Origin: a virus
IMG/VR virus record: IMGVR_UViG_3300035698_010358
Location: 8,159-72,158 of that record
DNA length: 64,000 nucleotides
Direction: 5' to 3' (one strand)
The notes under the pieces are model-generated. The model searched no databases and was not told the DNA's origin. It saw nothing but the letters and a program-made list of their open reading frames with translations. This document shows positions 26,934 to 37,647 of this stretch, piece by piece. Numbering within the stretch: position 1 is the stretch's first letter; each line of letters opens with the position of its first letter. Both the position numbers and the translations under genes were made by a program.

Positions 26934-29900
26934 ATGGCATTTCCTGGTAAATCATACGCACCACCAGGCGTCTACACGAGAACGCTTTTCGAGAACCCCC
27001 TTTCTGGAGCTATCGATAGTTTCAAGATTCCGATTTTTATCGGTGAGGGAAACGAACACCTGGTTCAGAAGAATCTGGAGGTCGTTCGAGGGTCGTCCCG
27101 GGACATCGATCAAAAGATTGTCGGTGAAGACGAGGCTGGTCGTGCTGTAGTCAGTGTTACTCAGGCAGGTGTAATCACCTTGGGTGACTTTGACGGAACT
27201 TTGGACAAGATTCAAGTCCGTAAATACCCCATCACTGACGGTCAAGGTTCGGGTACAACCACGAACAGCCGTTCCGATGTGGTTGTCACCATCAACAATC
27301 AGATTATGGTTGTTCGACAGGTGGATGGGGCTACTGGTGTTATTAAATTGGCACAGCCTCCGCGGGTCACGGATGAAGTCCGGGTCACTTACTTCTTCAA
27401 ACGAACGGATACTCTGACCACTGATGATGTCAGTGACCAAGTGAATCCTGATCCGGCAGTCGTTCGGGGTGTTAACGGTATAGCTGATGTAGACTCCCCG
27501 GTCGGACAAGAAGGCTCGATTGGTTCTGGTGCAGTCATTGACTTGCACGGGGATATCACCAATGCCTCTGGACAAGTTGTCGTTCCGGCCAACAATGTTC
27601 TGAATCTGGTTATCGACGGTGTGAAATACACTATTACCCTGGCTGCTCGGAACGATTATACGATGTCTCAGATTGCTGCTGCTATCACAGCAGCCAATAA
27701 GGGTACTCTGACAGCCAGTGCTTTCATCAATAATTTTGGCCTTTCTGCACTTTTATTGAATGCCAGCGGTAGCATTGTCGTCAGTGCCGGTTCAGCCAAT
27801 GCTCTTTTAGGACTCATTACGGGTTCTGCTGACACTCGAACCTCAACTTTCTATACCTTCGAAGGTCCCATCGTAGATGGCTCCAACGGTGGTGTAACGA
27901 CTACTGATCCTGCTAAAGTGGTGGTCAAGGTCAATAACACTCAGGTCATTCCCGTATCGGTGAATGGTTCTACACGGGCAGTCACTTTGTCAGCAGCTCC
28001 TAAAGCTGGTGCTACTGTGACTATTCAATACTGGTTCAACGCTTGGCAGGATACATTTGATTACCTGCAACATAATGGGATCACTGAGATTACTAAGTGT
28101 GGTGTGGCCCCTGAGTCCAAGTCCTATGTTCAGGAAACAGATTTCGTCCTGAAAGACGATAAAATCGTCTGGGGTACAGCAGCTCTGGTTTCCAGCGGGA
28201 TCCATACATCAGGTGCTTCCTTGTTTGGGGAAACTCAAATCACCAGTACTCTGATAGACAATAAAACGTTCCTCTCAACTTGTACACCAGTTGTGCAGAG
28301 CAGTGGTGGTATTTCTTCCGATAACCGGATGGACTTCACACTCCCCTTCCAGCCGACTCTCGGTAATGGGCGAAATACCCCCTTGGGTCAAAGTCTGTTC
28401 CAGACGGTCAGCAACGGACGTATCGACCTTCCGACCAACCGCCCAGACGTGGTGGATGTGTATTGGGGTTATGATGTTCAGGATGCCCTTGACCGTGGCA
28501 AAGTGGAAGTGGACAAAGTAGAAGGTATTACCGTTTCGTTGGCTGAATCCGTTCCCGTCGGAGCAATAGTATTTGCTTCCTTCTGGTACAACCTTCTGAC
28601 AGATGAAGAGTACACCATAACATGTGTGAATCCTGGGGCTTCCGGTTCTGGTACATACACCATCATTGACAAAGGTGACTCTGAAGTCTACGGTGTCACA
28701 CTTAACACTGGCACCAAGGGTTCATCCCTTAACGGTGTCACCCTTGAATTCCCATCAGGTTCCGAGTTGACCCCTGATCTTCACTTTGAAGGTTTGTCTG
28801 GTGACGACTTTGTTGGCCCTGTTGAAGAAATCGTGACAGTACAGTTTTCTTCCCGTGTGGCTACTCCTGCAAAATGGACGATGCCTGGTGCAGGACCTTA
28901 CGAATTCATCAAGAGTTACTCCGACAGACTCAGAATTAAACTGCACACCTACGAATCCGTCGGTGTTGTGGGCCTGAACTTGGATAACCCTTCTGGTAGT
29001 GCGGCTATTGCAGGACACGGTGGTGGTTTCTTTGCTTCCGTTGTCGGTGACGAGGTGGATTATACAGGTGGTGTTGGTGCAACAATCGGTCAAAGTTATT
29101 CTTTGGCTGCAGCCGAAGACTTCTACCTCCAGGTAGATGATGCCAATATCCTGGTGAAAACATCCAGCACGGTGACAGATGTGGATGTCAGCTATTTTGC
29201 CGATGTCATCAATGAAGCTGCAAGTGGTCATCAGGCTTTGGCTTTGACAGGAGGTTCTAACGTAATAGGGCTTCCACATACCAAGTCCGATGTAAATAAC
29301 TACTACGTTGGTTGGAGAGTGGTCATCGGTAACCATGCTCTCAGTGGTGCAACACCGGGCCAATACAGGACTATCACAGCTTACGATGGTACAACATGGG
29401 AAGCTACAGTGGATTCTGCCTGGGCTGGTGGTTCTGTTTCTGTAAACACTCCTTACTACATCTATAACCCAGATGCTCGTTCCACAATGGTCGGTGCAAC
29501 TGAGTTCAACGGCCCCGTGACAATCACAGCAGGTGCCCATGATAAATTGAACTTTGCTTACATAGGTGATGTTGTTTCGGTTGCTTTCGAGATTACATTA
29601 ACACCTGGAACTTATGCTACTCCGGTCTTACTTGCTACCGAAGTCCAAGATCAGATTGATACTGAACTTGCTGCTGCTGGTGCTGCTGCTGCTGGTCTGA
29701 ACATAGAATGTACGGCCAATGCTCAAGCCAAGTTGCAATTTAAAATACAACATGCTGGTTTGAACGCCGCTGGTTACATCCAGTTCCTTGATTCTACCAG
29801 TTCTCCTGATGAAGACTTTGCAGTCATCGCAGGGTTGGACACTGGAGCATCTACTGGTGATGGCCAGGCAGCTTTACTTCAAGCTCCTATTGCTCGATCT

Positions 29901-32252
29901 TATCTCTGCCCAACGGGTACAGGTTCTCGGAAACTGTACGATAGACTTATTCTTCGGAACCGTCTGTTGCCTGGTGGTGGTCCTTTCAGCAGCATGGATG
30001 CCCACGACATCGAATCCCAGATTCAGCTCCAAGTTCTGACGGGTAACACCAAAGCAGGATTGGAATCAGGTCTGTATGGAACAGCTGCTCGTTCAGCTAC
30101 AGTTCGACCTTCCACTATTAGTGGGCAAGTTGGCTTCGTAGGTGGCATGGACGGTGATGGTGAGCCTTTGGTCATCTTCTATGATGGTGCAGGGACAGTG
30201 GCAGCTAACAACATTCTCAAGTTCGATGTGGATGGGACTCCAGTTGAAGTTATCTTCGATGCTGATTCCACGGGGATATCTACTAACCTCGGCCCCATTT
30301 CGGATGACGACTCGATTCTGGGTCAAATCAAAGTGGCAATGGCTACCGTACCGGGTGCTCCTTTCGGGGATGCAGCCAATATCGTCAGTAGCTTCTACCT
30401 GCGACAAGAAGGTGCAGGGTTCCGTATCACTGGTGTTGAAACTAGCAGCAACTCTAAGGTTTCTGTTGGCTCGGGTTCGGCAAACGGTGTGTTGGGTATT
30501 TCTTCTGGAACAGTAGCCCTTCGAAACACGGTATCTGTCAGGAAGCTGGCTTCCGCTCTGATGGCTAACAGACATGCAAACTTCACGACTTGGTTGCTGA
30601 CTCTTGCTTCTGCCGACCTTTCCTTCTCCCGGGATGGTTTGGCTAGAGTAGAAGAAGATGCAGTGGGTGCTCAATATCTCTACTTGCAGGATGCTCCGAC
30701 AGTCGTATCCGAACTGGGATCTCAGTCTTCAGTTGAAGTCCTGAACACCCAGAGCCAGATTGACGATGCCTTGGCTTATGACACGGGTCTGAATGCTAAA
30801 GAAGGTGATGGTGCTTCTGGTGAACCTGCTTTGGATGGTTTCTTCGTGAAATCTAGTATTTCCGATGGTTCTGGTTCTATCAACGAATCCCAGCTTAACC
30901 CTTCCGGAGACGGAACAGGTCAGGACGGAATCGTTGGTCAAACCTACCGTGATGAAATCACTGGCCTGACATTCACTCTGCTGCCTCGTGGTTGGAGTAC
31001 CGACCCGAATGGCCCGTGGCTCCAGTACCCAACAGGAACTAACTCCACGTTCCGTATCCAGGTTAGTAAGTCGTTCACATCGGATGCAAACATACCTCAT
31101 AATGCCCTTAACGGTGTCGAGCTGACCGTAGCAAATACCGTAGGCGTTGGTGTTGAGGATACAGCAACGGTAGAGACTTTCAAACGTGGTGGAAATGAAC
31201 CGTCTATCGGTGACTTGTACTACACTTCGTACATCTACCAGAAACAGGACTTTGCAACGGCATTTTACACCAAGATGTTTTCCATCGAACAGGCTTACGG
31301 AAGTATCGGAGTAGATTCTCCCTTAACACTGGCTTCTGACTTGGCAGTGCTGAATGGTGCCATTCTGGTGGGCCTGAAGCAGATTCCTCGTGAGTCTGGT
31401 GAACCTTATGCTAGCCTGATAGACTATCGTGATGCTATCAAAGAACTGGAAGGCACACTTCCAGGCTTCGTAAATCCCGATATCATCACACCACTTCGCG
31501 GTGATTCATCGGACTTGTATCAGTATCTGAAACAGTCTAATGAACTGATGTCTTCTATCCGGTACAAATCGGAACGAACTTCCATCATCGGTATGGCAGC
31601 AGGTTCTTTACCTGAAGCATGTGGTGACTTAGCCCAGTCCCTTGAAAACACTCGTATGCGGTTGGTTTACCCAGACTTTGCAGTGGTTTCTATCACAGAT
31701 GCTTTGGGTAACAGTACAGATGAGTTGATGGATGGCCCAATGCTGGCAGCAATGTTGGTAGGTTCCGTGGTGTCCCCGAACCTCGATGTGGCAACCCCGT
31801 GGACAGGCCGACGATTGGTTGGGGCCCGGCAGCTAGGACGCAACCTTGATGCCGTTGAACAGAATTTGTTGGCTACCAAGGGTGTTACAGTTCTCGAAGA
31901 CAAACCTCCGTTCATTCGTGTACGACATGGTTTGACAACGGACATGACGAATGTTCTGACCAAACTGCCAACCATTGTCTTGATCGCAGATGAAGTTCAG
32001 CGTCAATCCCGACAACTCTTGGAAAACTTCGTGGGAATCAAGTTCCTGCCTGGTATCCTGTCACAGGTTGAAGGCCGGATGGCAATGCTGCTCAAACAGT
32101 TGGTGTCTGCTCAGATCATCACAGCTTACACAGGTATCAAAGCATCTGTAGCAGCAGATGATCCAACCGTTGCCGAGGTAGAGGCTTGGTACAGTCCGGT
32201 TTTCCCACTTTTGTATATGGTCCTGACTTTTCACCTCCGGTCCTCACTTTAG
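26934..32252 (+). CDS. Contractile tail sheath protein, very large (1772 aa)
   Basis: N-terminal YAPPGVYT; sheath C-terminal domain (GVTVLE..IRVRHGLTT...YSPVFPLLYMVLTF); long beta-rich insertions. Confidence 0.9.
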   Translation: MAFPGKSYAPPGVYTRTLFENPLSGAIDSFKIPIFIGEGNEHLVQKNLEVVRGSSRDIDQKIVGEDEAGRAVVSVTQAGVITLGDFDGTLDKIQVRKYPITDGQGSGTTTNSRSDVVVTINNQIMVVRQVDGATGVIKLAQPPRVTDEVRVTYFFKRTDTLTTDDVSDQVNPDPAVVRGVNGIADVDSPVGQEGSIGSGAVIDLHGDITNASGQVVVPANNVLNLVIDGVKYTITLAARNDYTMSQIAAAITAANKGTLTASAFINNFGLSALLLNASGSIVVSAGSANALLGLITGSADTRTSTFYTFEGPIVDGSNGGVTTTDPAKVVVKVNNTQVIPVSVNGSTRAVTLSAAPKAGATVTIQYWFNAWQDTFDYLQHNGITEITKCGVAPESKSYVQETDFVLKDDKIVWGTAALVSSGIHTSGASLFGETQITSTLIDNKTFLSTCTPVVQSSGGISSDNRMDFTLPFQPTLGNGRNTPLGQSLFQTVSNGRIDLPTNRPDVVDVYWGYDVQDALDRGKVEVDKVEGITVSLAESVPVGAIVFASFWYNLLTDEEYTITCVNPGASGSGTYTIIDKGDSEVYGVTLNTGTKGSSLNGVTLEFPSGSELTPDLHFEGLSGDDFVGPVEEIVTVQFSSRVATPAKWTMPGAGPYEFIKSYSDRLRIKLHTYESVGVVGLNLDNPSGSAAIAGHGGGFFASVVGDEVDYTGGVGATIGQSYSLAAAEDFYLQVDDANILVKTSSTVTDVDVSYFADVINEAASGHQALALTGGSNVIGLPHTKSDVNNYYVGWRVVIGNHALSGATPGQYRTITAYDGTTWEATVDSAWAGGSVSVNTPYYIYNPDARSTMVGATEFNGPVTITAGAHDKLNFAYIGDVVSVAFEITLTPGTYATPVLLATEVQDQIDTELAAAGAAAAGLNIECTANAQAKLQFKIQHAGLNAAGYIQFLDSTSSPDEDFAVIAGLDTGASTGDGQAALLQAPIARSYLCPTGTGSRKLYDRLILRNRLLPGGGPFSSMDAHDIESQIQLQVLTGNTKAGLESGLYGTAARSATVRPSTISGQVGFVGGMDGDGEPLVIFYDGAGTVAANNILKFDVDGTPVEVIFDADSTGISTNLGPISDDDSILGQIKVAMATVPGAPFGDAANIVSSFYLRQEGAGFRITGVETSSNSKVSVGSGSANGVLGISSGTVALRNTVSVRKLASALMANRHANFTTWLLTLASADLSFSRDGLARVEEDAVGAQYLYLQDAPTVVSELGSQSSVEVLNTQSQIDDALAYDTGLNAKEGDGASGEPALDGFFVKSSISDGSGSINESQLNPSGDGTGQDGIVGQTYRDEITGLTFTLLPRGWSTDPNGPWLQYPTGTNSTFRIQVSKSFTSDANIPHNALNGVELTVANTVGVGVEDTATVETFKRGGNEPSIGDLYYTSYIYQKQDFATAFYTKMFSIEQAYGSIGVDSPLTLASDLAVLNGAILVGLKQIPRESGEPYASLIDYRDAIKELEGTLPGFVNPDIITPLRGDSSDLYQYLKQSNELMSSIRYKSERTSIIGMAAGSLPEACGDLAQSLENTRMRLVYPDFAVVSITDALGNSTDELMDGPMLAAMLVGSVVSPNLDVATPWTGRRLVGARQLGRNLDAVEQNLLATKGVTVLEDKPPFIRVRHGLTTDMTNVLTKLPTIVLIADEVQRQSRQLLENFVGIKFLPGILSQVEGRMAMLLKQLVSAQIITAYTGIKASVAADDPTVAEVEAWYSPVFPLLYMVLTFHLRSSL

Positions 32253-32296
32253 TCAATGATTTCAGGCACTTACATAGCTTGAATAAAGAACTTGAT

Positions 32297-32339
32297 AACC
32301 TCCTAGGGTCTTGCTAATATGACCCTAGGAGGTTTTTTT
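32297..32339 (+). terminator. Terminator hairpin containing the RBS of the next gene
   Basis: AACCTCCTAGGGTC-N10-GACCCTAGGAGGTT followed by T run, then ATG at 32340. Confidence 0.8.
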
Positions 32340-32777
32340 ATGAACATCCCACAATTTAATAAAGCAACAGAAGAAATTTTACCCGTCTCCCTTACCTGTG
32401 CAAGTATTCGAACGGAATGTGTACAGGCTTCAATCCAATCACGAATGGAAGTGAGGGGTCATTGGGTCTGTGAAATAACAGAGGTTTTAGAAAACACATT
32501 TACTGCAAAAATCACTGGAGATAATGATCATCCTACTGATAGGAATTTTGCCACATTTCAAAATAATAACATATTAGATCATGAAAAAAAACGGATACAA
32601 CTCGGATCCCGGTTTTATTGGGATATTGGATATGAAACATGCCCCACAGGTCAACGTAAGATTTTCTCCGTAGTTCATTTCCGAAGGTTTCCGATATATA
32701 TTGAGTCTGATTTCAGGGAAGCAGAAGAAAAAAGTAAAAACCTTGTAAGGCTATTCAAAAAAGCTAAGACTATTTAA
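32340..32777 (+). CDS. Hypothetical AT-rich accessory protein
   Basis: AGGAGG RBS and ATG at 32340. Confidence 0.65.
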   Translation: MNIPQFNKATEEILPVSLTCASIRTECVQASIQSRMEVRGHWVCEITEVLENTFTAKITGDNDHPTDRNFATFQNNNILDHEKKRIQLGSRFYWDIGYETCPTGQRKIFSVVHFRRFPIYIESDFREAEEKSKNLVRLFKKAKTI

Positions 32778-32778
32778 G

Positions 32779-32813
32779 AAAAAAGCCCCGGCCATTACGG
32801 TCGGGGCTTTTTT
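32779..32813. terminator. Bidirectional terminator between convergent genes
   Basis: AAAAAAGCCCCGGCC-atta-CGGTCGGGGCTTTTTT, with A tract and T tract. Confidence 0.85.
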
Positions 32814-32828
32814 CTTGGTCTCTGAGGA

Positions 32829-34592
32829 TTAACCCTCATCTACGGGGTATTTCTTTTTCATATTCACGTCACCGAACCCCAAGTCTTTTAAGCTGTTCTT
32901 CATTGAGGCTCGGATGGCATCCGATGCTTTGATGATACCAAAAGTTACAGCATGGGCAATGATTTCATTGAGGGTGTAGTCGGTATTTTCCAACAGTAGG
33001 TTAATGTCTTTCTGCATCAGGTTGTCCGGGAAAAGAACAACATGGACGGTAGAGGGGCATTTTTTGTTATCCAGGTCTTCTTTCACGAGGGTCTCCAAGG
33101 ATTTCTTTTCAAGAGCTTTTTCAGCTACGGTGGGAGTTTTTACGAGATCTGTCACAGAAGAGATTGGGTAGTCTTTTTCCGTGATAGGTTCCAAATTGAC
33201 GGCATGTCCTTGTGAGATAAGCCATCCAACCAAATCCTTAATAACTTCACAGGTTTGGTTGATGTAGGATTGAGGGTTGTTGTGGTATGTGTTTAGGAAT
33301 CTCACTACCTGGGTTTTCGTGATTTTATTGACCTTGGAAGTTCTCCCCATATCTATGAGGAATTGTGGGATGGTTATTTGGTGGTGTGTTGTACCTTTGG
33401 TTTTGAAGTTGTTAGGGTCTTCATCAAGATATCCTCTAACAGCTGTTTCCAAGAATATAGAGGCTGCTGTTTCCTTGTGTTTTTCTATCCCCAGTTCTTC
33501 TTTTGAAGGCAGTGAGACATCGATCAATTCCTTAGCTTGGAGCCATGAAAAAAACTGTTTTAAGATCGAGTGTTTTGATCTCAGTGTTGATTTTTCATAT
33601 CTGAAACTTGCTGATTTAAAGTACAGTTCCAGAGAGTGTTCTGTGATCTCCTTGGTATTTACGATGTTTGCGGATACGGTCAAGAAATTTACAAGATCCT
33701 CCACAGAGAATTTGTGTTGGTCTTTCGTACCCTGTTTGGATTTCTGGACTCTTAGAGGAAGGTCTGTGAAATATTTCTGAACGGCTTTATTCAGAGTCAT
33801 ATCTTTTGAAACATCGGTTTCTATTTCTGGTGCCACCGTTATTTCTTGGGTGCTTAACACGTTGGACACGTTTTGGGTTACTATTTCCTTTGTTTTTGGG
33901 GGTTTTGTATCTGTCCCAAATAAGCCTGAAAGCTCCTCGATACCGTCAGAGCGGTGGTCGAAAGGGATTTCATCTTTTCCTGGGGTGTATTGATATTTTG
34001 TGCTTTCTTTTCCCATGTTGATCTCCTTTATATTTCCGTCAGTTATAAGCATTTTGATTCCTTTTTTGGCATCTGTTTCTGAGAGGTTATAGAAACTCCT
34101 TATGTCTATGAGTGTTGGGTTTTTGGGGTAATAGTCTCTTTCTTCTTCATTGAAACAGTACCTGATGTAGTTTTTGATAATTTTCTTTGGCCATAGGCGT
34201 TTGAAGTCAGGGGTGAAGGGGTCGATTTTGAACCCAGGACTAAAACAAACTTTTTCTATGCGGTTTCTCAGCCAATCTGTGGGTTGATATTGAGTTTCTT
34301 TATATCTCGTCAATATCTTGATAAAACCTTTACCAGCCATTTTCTTGAGGTATTTTTCCCTGGAGTCTGCCCTCAATTCTTTAACACGAACAGGCCGGTT
34401 CCAGTTTTTGTTGGCATAACCGGGGTCTTTTAATTTGCCTTTTTTGAAAGCATCATCTTTTTCCTTTTTTTCTTGTTTCAGGAGATTATGGATTTCTTTT
34501 TCTGACCAGCTTCCGTTATAGCCGTCCCCTGCCTTGAGTGTAACACATGAGATTTCCAACCAGTGCATGTTTATGTAAGTGTAAGTTGACAT
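32829..34592 (-). CDS. Putative DNA-binding protein with integrase N-terminal SAM-like (core-binding) segments; no catalytic domain seen
   Basis: LNKAVQKYF...STLRSKHSILKQFFSWL and a second similar segment; the only convincing minus-strand gene. Confidence 0.6.
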   Translation of the reverse strand: MSTYTYINMHWLEISCVTLKAGDGYNGSWSEKEIHNLLKQEKKEKDDAFKKGKLKDPGYANKNWNRPVRVKELRADSREKYLKKMAGKGFIKILTRYKETQYQPTDWLRNRIEKVCFSPGFKIDPFTPDFKRLWPKKIIKNYIRYCFNEEERDYYPKNPTLIDIRSFYNLSETDAKKGIKMLITDGNIKEINMGKESTKYQYTPGKDEIPFDHRSDGIEELSGLFGTDTKPPKTKEIVTQNVSNVLSTQEITVAPEIETDVSKDMTLNKAVQKYFTDLPLRVQKSKQGTKDQHKFSVEDLVNFLTVSANIVNTKEITEHSLELYFKSASFRYEKSTLRSKHSILKQFFSWLQAKELIDVSLPSKEELGIEKHKETAASIFLETAVRGYLDEDPNNFKTKGTTHHQITIPQFLIDMGRTSKVNKITKTQVVRFLNTYHNNPQSYINQTCEVIKDLVGWLISQGHAVNLEPITEKDYPISSVTDLVKTPTVAEKALEKKSLETLVKEDLDNKKCPSTVHVVLFPDNLMQKDINLLLENTDYTLNEIIAHAVTFGIIKASDAIRASMKNSLKDLGFGDVNMKKKYPVDEG

Positions 34593-34687
34593 TTTTTTCA
34601 ATCCTTTTGTTTATAGTCCAATTAATTGTCAGTGTTTCTTATACCCTAAAAAAAAGGAATTTTTATTTTGGGGTATGAAAACAGTTC

Positions 34688-34718
34688 TTGACAGTGGCTA
34701 GAAAGTGTGTATTATAGA
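34688..34718 (+). promoter_or_regulatory. Sigma70-type promoter for the MerR/vWA operon
   Basis: TTGACA at 34688, with TATTAT at 16 bp or TATAGA at 19 bp (MerR-type spacing). Confidence 0.6.
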
Positions 34719-34741
34719 GAGGCATGAAAGGAGTTTTGCCG

Positions 34742-35128
34742 ATGAAATATACGATTAGAGAACTGGCAAAGAAGACGGGGGTAACAGCCCGGACGATTCG
34801 TTATTGGATTACGGAGCAACTTATTCCGTCTCCAAACGGTTCCGGGCATGGGGCGGTTTCCACCGAGAAACACATGGAGGCCATTCTTCGGGTAAAGGAG
34901 ATGAAAGATAAACAGGGTTTGACTCTGGCTGCCATCAAAATCAATCAGGGTTTCCCTGAAAACGAGGCAGTAGCATTACGAACCAGGCGGTTGACACATC
35001 TAGCACTAATTCCAGGAGTAGATTTGCTGATAGACGACAGTGTAGCCCCGCAACACAAACGATTAATCATTAAGGCCCTGTCAGATGTGGCCAAGACATT
35101 ACCAACAGACAAAGGAGGACGATCATGA
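34742..35128 (+). CDS. MerR-family HTH regulator
   Basis: YTIRELAKKTGVTARTIRYW...GLTLAAIK; AGGAG RBS. Confidence 0.88.
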   Translation: MKYTIRELAKKTGVTARTIRYWITEQLIPSPNGSGHGAVSTEKHMEAILRVKEMKDKQGLTLAAIKINQGFPENEAVALRTRRLTHLALIPGVDLLIDDSVAPQHKRLIIKALSDVAKTLPTDKGGRS

Positions 35129-37629
35129 GGTTAAAACCTATAGGGAACAGAATAACAGAAGCTGGCACAGGTGTAGAAATACCTCTAGCAATGCAGAGGA
35201 TGGATTTGGCTGGCCGTGTAACTCCAGCAGGGGCCATGCTGAGGGTAACTCACCAATTCAAGACAGAAGGGCGGTCTGAACCTTTGGAGGCCATATATAC
35301 ATTTATGCTGCCTCGTAACGGAACCCTTCGACGGTTCATCGTCAAAGGGGAGGATTTCGAGGTTGAGTCCAAACTCGAACCTCGTGAAGAAGCCCGTGAA
35401 GAATACGAAGAAGGCATGGAAGCAGGACATCTTTCTGTGTTGGCTGAAGCTAATATTGATGGCATGGTGTCCTTGTCTGTTGGCCAGATTCAACCTGATG
35501 AAACCGTGACTGTTGTAATGGATATCGTGTCGGGTGTCGAGATCAAAGATAACACCTACCGTTTCCGTTTCCCGTTTACTCTGGCCCCTAATTACCATGC
35601 AAGTGCCACGGCACCCTCCACTAAAGAAGGTAGGAAGGTTACGCTGCCTTCGGATGTGTTCGGTGACATTATCCTTCCTGAATGGAAAAATGATGCTTCT
35701 GGCCTGCATCAGGTATCTTTCAATATAAATGTTGAAGCTGCCGGTAAGTTGGATTCCGTATCGTCTCCATCTCACCGTATCTTGGTTCGACCAAGTGGGG
35801 AAGGTTCTGCCCAAATCGAACTGTCAGGTGCGGGAGACGTTCCGAACCGTGATTTGGTGATTGAAGTGCAGGCAAAAGAAGTTGAAGCCTCTGTGTTTGC
35901 TGATGCAAAGTTGGTCTCCAAGAAGTCCAGCAAGGATGACCCCAAGGTTCCGAAGGGTGCCCCTCGATGGACGGTAGTGGTTCCTTCAAGTCTGCTTCCG
36001 AAAGCAAAGAAGGCTCCCCGAAAAGTCTGTTTCATCGTAGACGACTCTGGCTCGATGCAAGGGCAGCCCATTGAGCAGGCTAAATTGGCAATACGTGCTT
36101 GTTTGTCAACTCTCCGTCCGACGGATGAGTTTGGCCTGATTTATTTCGGGTCTAACTACCATACATTCGATGCTGGTATGGCCAAGGCCACGGATGCTAA
36201 CCGAAAGTGTGCTGATAAATTTATCAGCCAAATCCATGCCAACAGTGGTGGGACTGAGTTGGCTCCAGCCCTTGGTCAGGCCATCAGTGTTTTGGGTGGT
36301 TCTGGTGGGGACATTTTCTTGATGACAGATGGCCAAGTGTTTGAAACAGGCACTATCGTTGAGCAATGTGCTGCAGCAGGGACAAGAGTTCATGTCCTTG
36401 GTATTGGTTCAGCCAGTCAGGACCGTTTCCTTTCCAGCCTTGCTCGTCGGAGTGATGGTGTTCAGAAGATGGTTGGTACGAACGAGGATGTTACGGCCAA
36501 TGCCCTGGAGTTATTCAATTCCGTTAAACAGCCTGTGCAGACGGACCTCAAGGTTTTCGTCGTCACTGGTAAGAAGATGTCACAGGAACATCAGGTTGAT
36601 ACCATCTGGGATGGTTATCCTGTGTTGCTGACAGATGACGGGACTACTGGCCTGAATGCTCCGCAGACGGTGACGTTCACTTGGGGTCGTGGGAAGAAGG
36701 TCAAAGTTCCCGTGAGTTACACTCAAGAAGTTCCGAACGGTTTGTCTGGTCTGTTGTATGCTGGTCGTCAGGTGGAAGACCTTGAAACAGCATTGGATGC
36801 TGCTCTAAAAGACGGCCCTGAAAAAAAATCTGTCGAAACTACCTTGAAGGCTATTTCTACGGTTTATGGATTAGCCAGTCAGGTGATGTCTCTGATAGCT
36901 ATCGTGAAACGTGCCGGAGACCAAAAAAGCCAACAGGTGAAACAACAGATCATAGCTGTTGGTACCCCTGAAGGGATGAGTAGTGGTGGGATTTTCCGTA
37001 GTGCCTCCTGTAATGCCTCCTATGGAGCATCAGTCCAATGTTGCACTCAGAGCCTCGGACTCAGGGACAGTGGTGATGGTTCCAGAGGTTTGAGTCGGGG
37101 CATGACGACGAAATCCCTTCTGATAGGCGATTCTGCCAGCAGTGAGGTCTACGGTAGCAGTTCTGGTACGATGAACTGGATGGAGTATGAACCCGAATGT
37201 ACCCCTAAAGAATCCTTAGCTCCGAGAAGTTTCCAGAGAAGTTTCCAGAGGAAGGAAATTCAGTTTGAGGACTCGGATATTAAGAGTTCCGACTTGTTTA
37301 ACGAGCTTGCCGGACTGCAATCCGACGGTGGTTTGCCCGGCTTAACCCGGAAAAAACGTGCCCACGAGACAGTAATTCTGGCTTTGATGGCCTACATTGC
37401 CGACAAAGACAGTGCTGCCCCGAAGTATGCCCTTCATATCGAACGGATGCTGGACTTCCTGAACCACTACCTCGACCTGAACGTTGGAAAAGACCCCAAC
37501 ATGGCCAAAGCTGTTGGAATCCTTGAGGCTGGTCAGGATCAGGTGAATGAGGAGTGCCAGGAACATCTCCTGAATCCATGCTCTTGTGATCCTGAAGTGA
37601 TTTGGGTGCATGTAGGTCAGTCTCTCTGA
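35125..37629 (+). CDS. VIT and vWA domain protein
   Basis: VIT-like N-terminus (EAIYTFMLP...EAREEYEE); MIDAS DDSGS, GGTEL, LMTDG. Confidence 0.9.
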   Translation: MRLKPIGNRITEAGTGVEIPLAMQRMDLAGRVTPAGAMLRVTHQFKTEGRSEPLEAIYTFMLPRNGTLRRFIVKGEDFEVESKLEPREEAREEYEEGMEAGHLSVLAEANIDGMVSLSVGQIQPDETVTVVMDIVSGVEIKDNTYRFRFPFTLAPNYHASATAPSTKEGRKVTLPSDVFGDIILPEWKNDASGLHQVSFNINVEAAGKLDSVSSPSHRILVRPSGEGSAQIELSGAGDVPNRDLVIEVQAKEVEASVFADAKLVSKKSSKDDPKVPKGAPRWTVVVPSSLLPKAKKAPRKVCFIVDDSGSMQGQPIEQAKLAIRACLSTLRPTDEFGLIYFGSNYHTFDAGMAKATDANRKCADKFISQIHANSGGTELAPALGQAISVLGGSGGDIFLMTDGQVFETGTIVEQCAAAGTRVHVLGIGSASQDRFLSSLARRSDGVQKMVGTNEDVTANALELFNSVKQPVQTDLKVFVVTGKKMSQEHQVDTIWDGYPVLLTDDGTTGLNAPQTVTFTWGRGKKVKVPVSYTQEVPNGLSGLLYAGRQVEDLETALDAALKDGPEKKSVETTLKAISTVYGLASQVMSLIAIVKRAGDQKSQQVKQQIIAVGTPEGMSSGGIFRSASCNASYGASVQCCTQSLGLRDSGDGSRGLSRGMTTKSLLIGDSASSEVYGSSSGTMNWMEYEPECTPKESLAPRSFQRSFQRKEIQFEDSDIKSSDLFNELAGLQSDGGLPGLTRKKRAHETVILALMAYIADKDSAAPKYALHIERMLDFLNHYLDLNVGKDPNMAKAVGILEAGQDQVNEECQEHLLNPCSCDPEVIWVHVGQSL

Positions 37630-37647
37630 TTTTTAACCTTCCTCAAT

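Noticed and set aside
26952-32015. Many minus-strand and alternate-frame ORFs within the sheath (similarly within the vWA, hub and giant genes)
   Set aside because: Shadow ORFs of long coding sequences, without RBS or motifs
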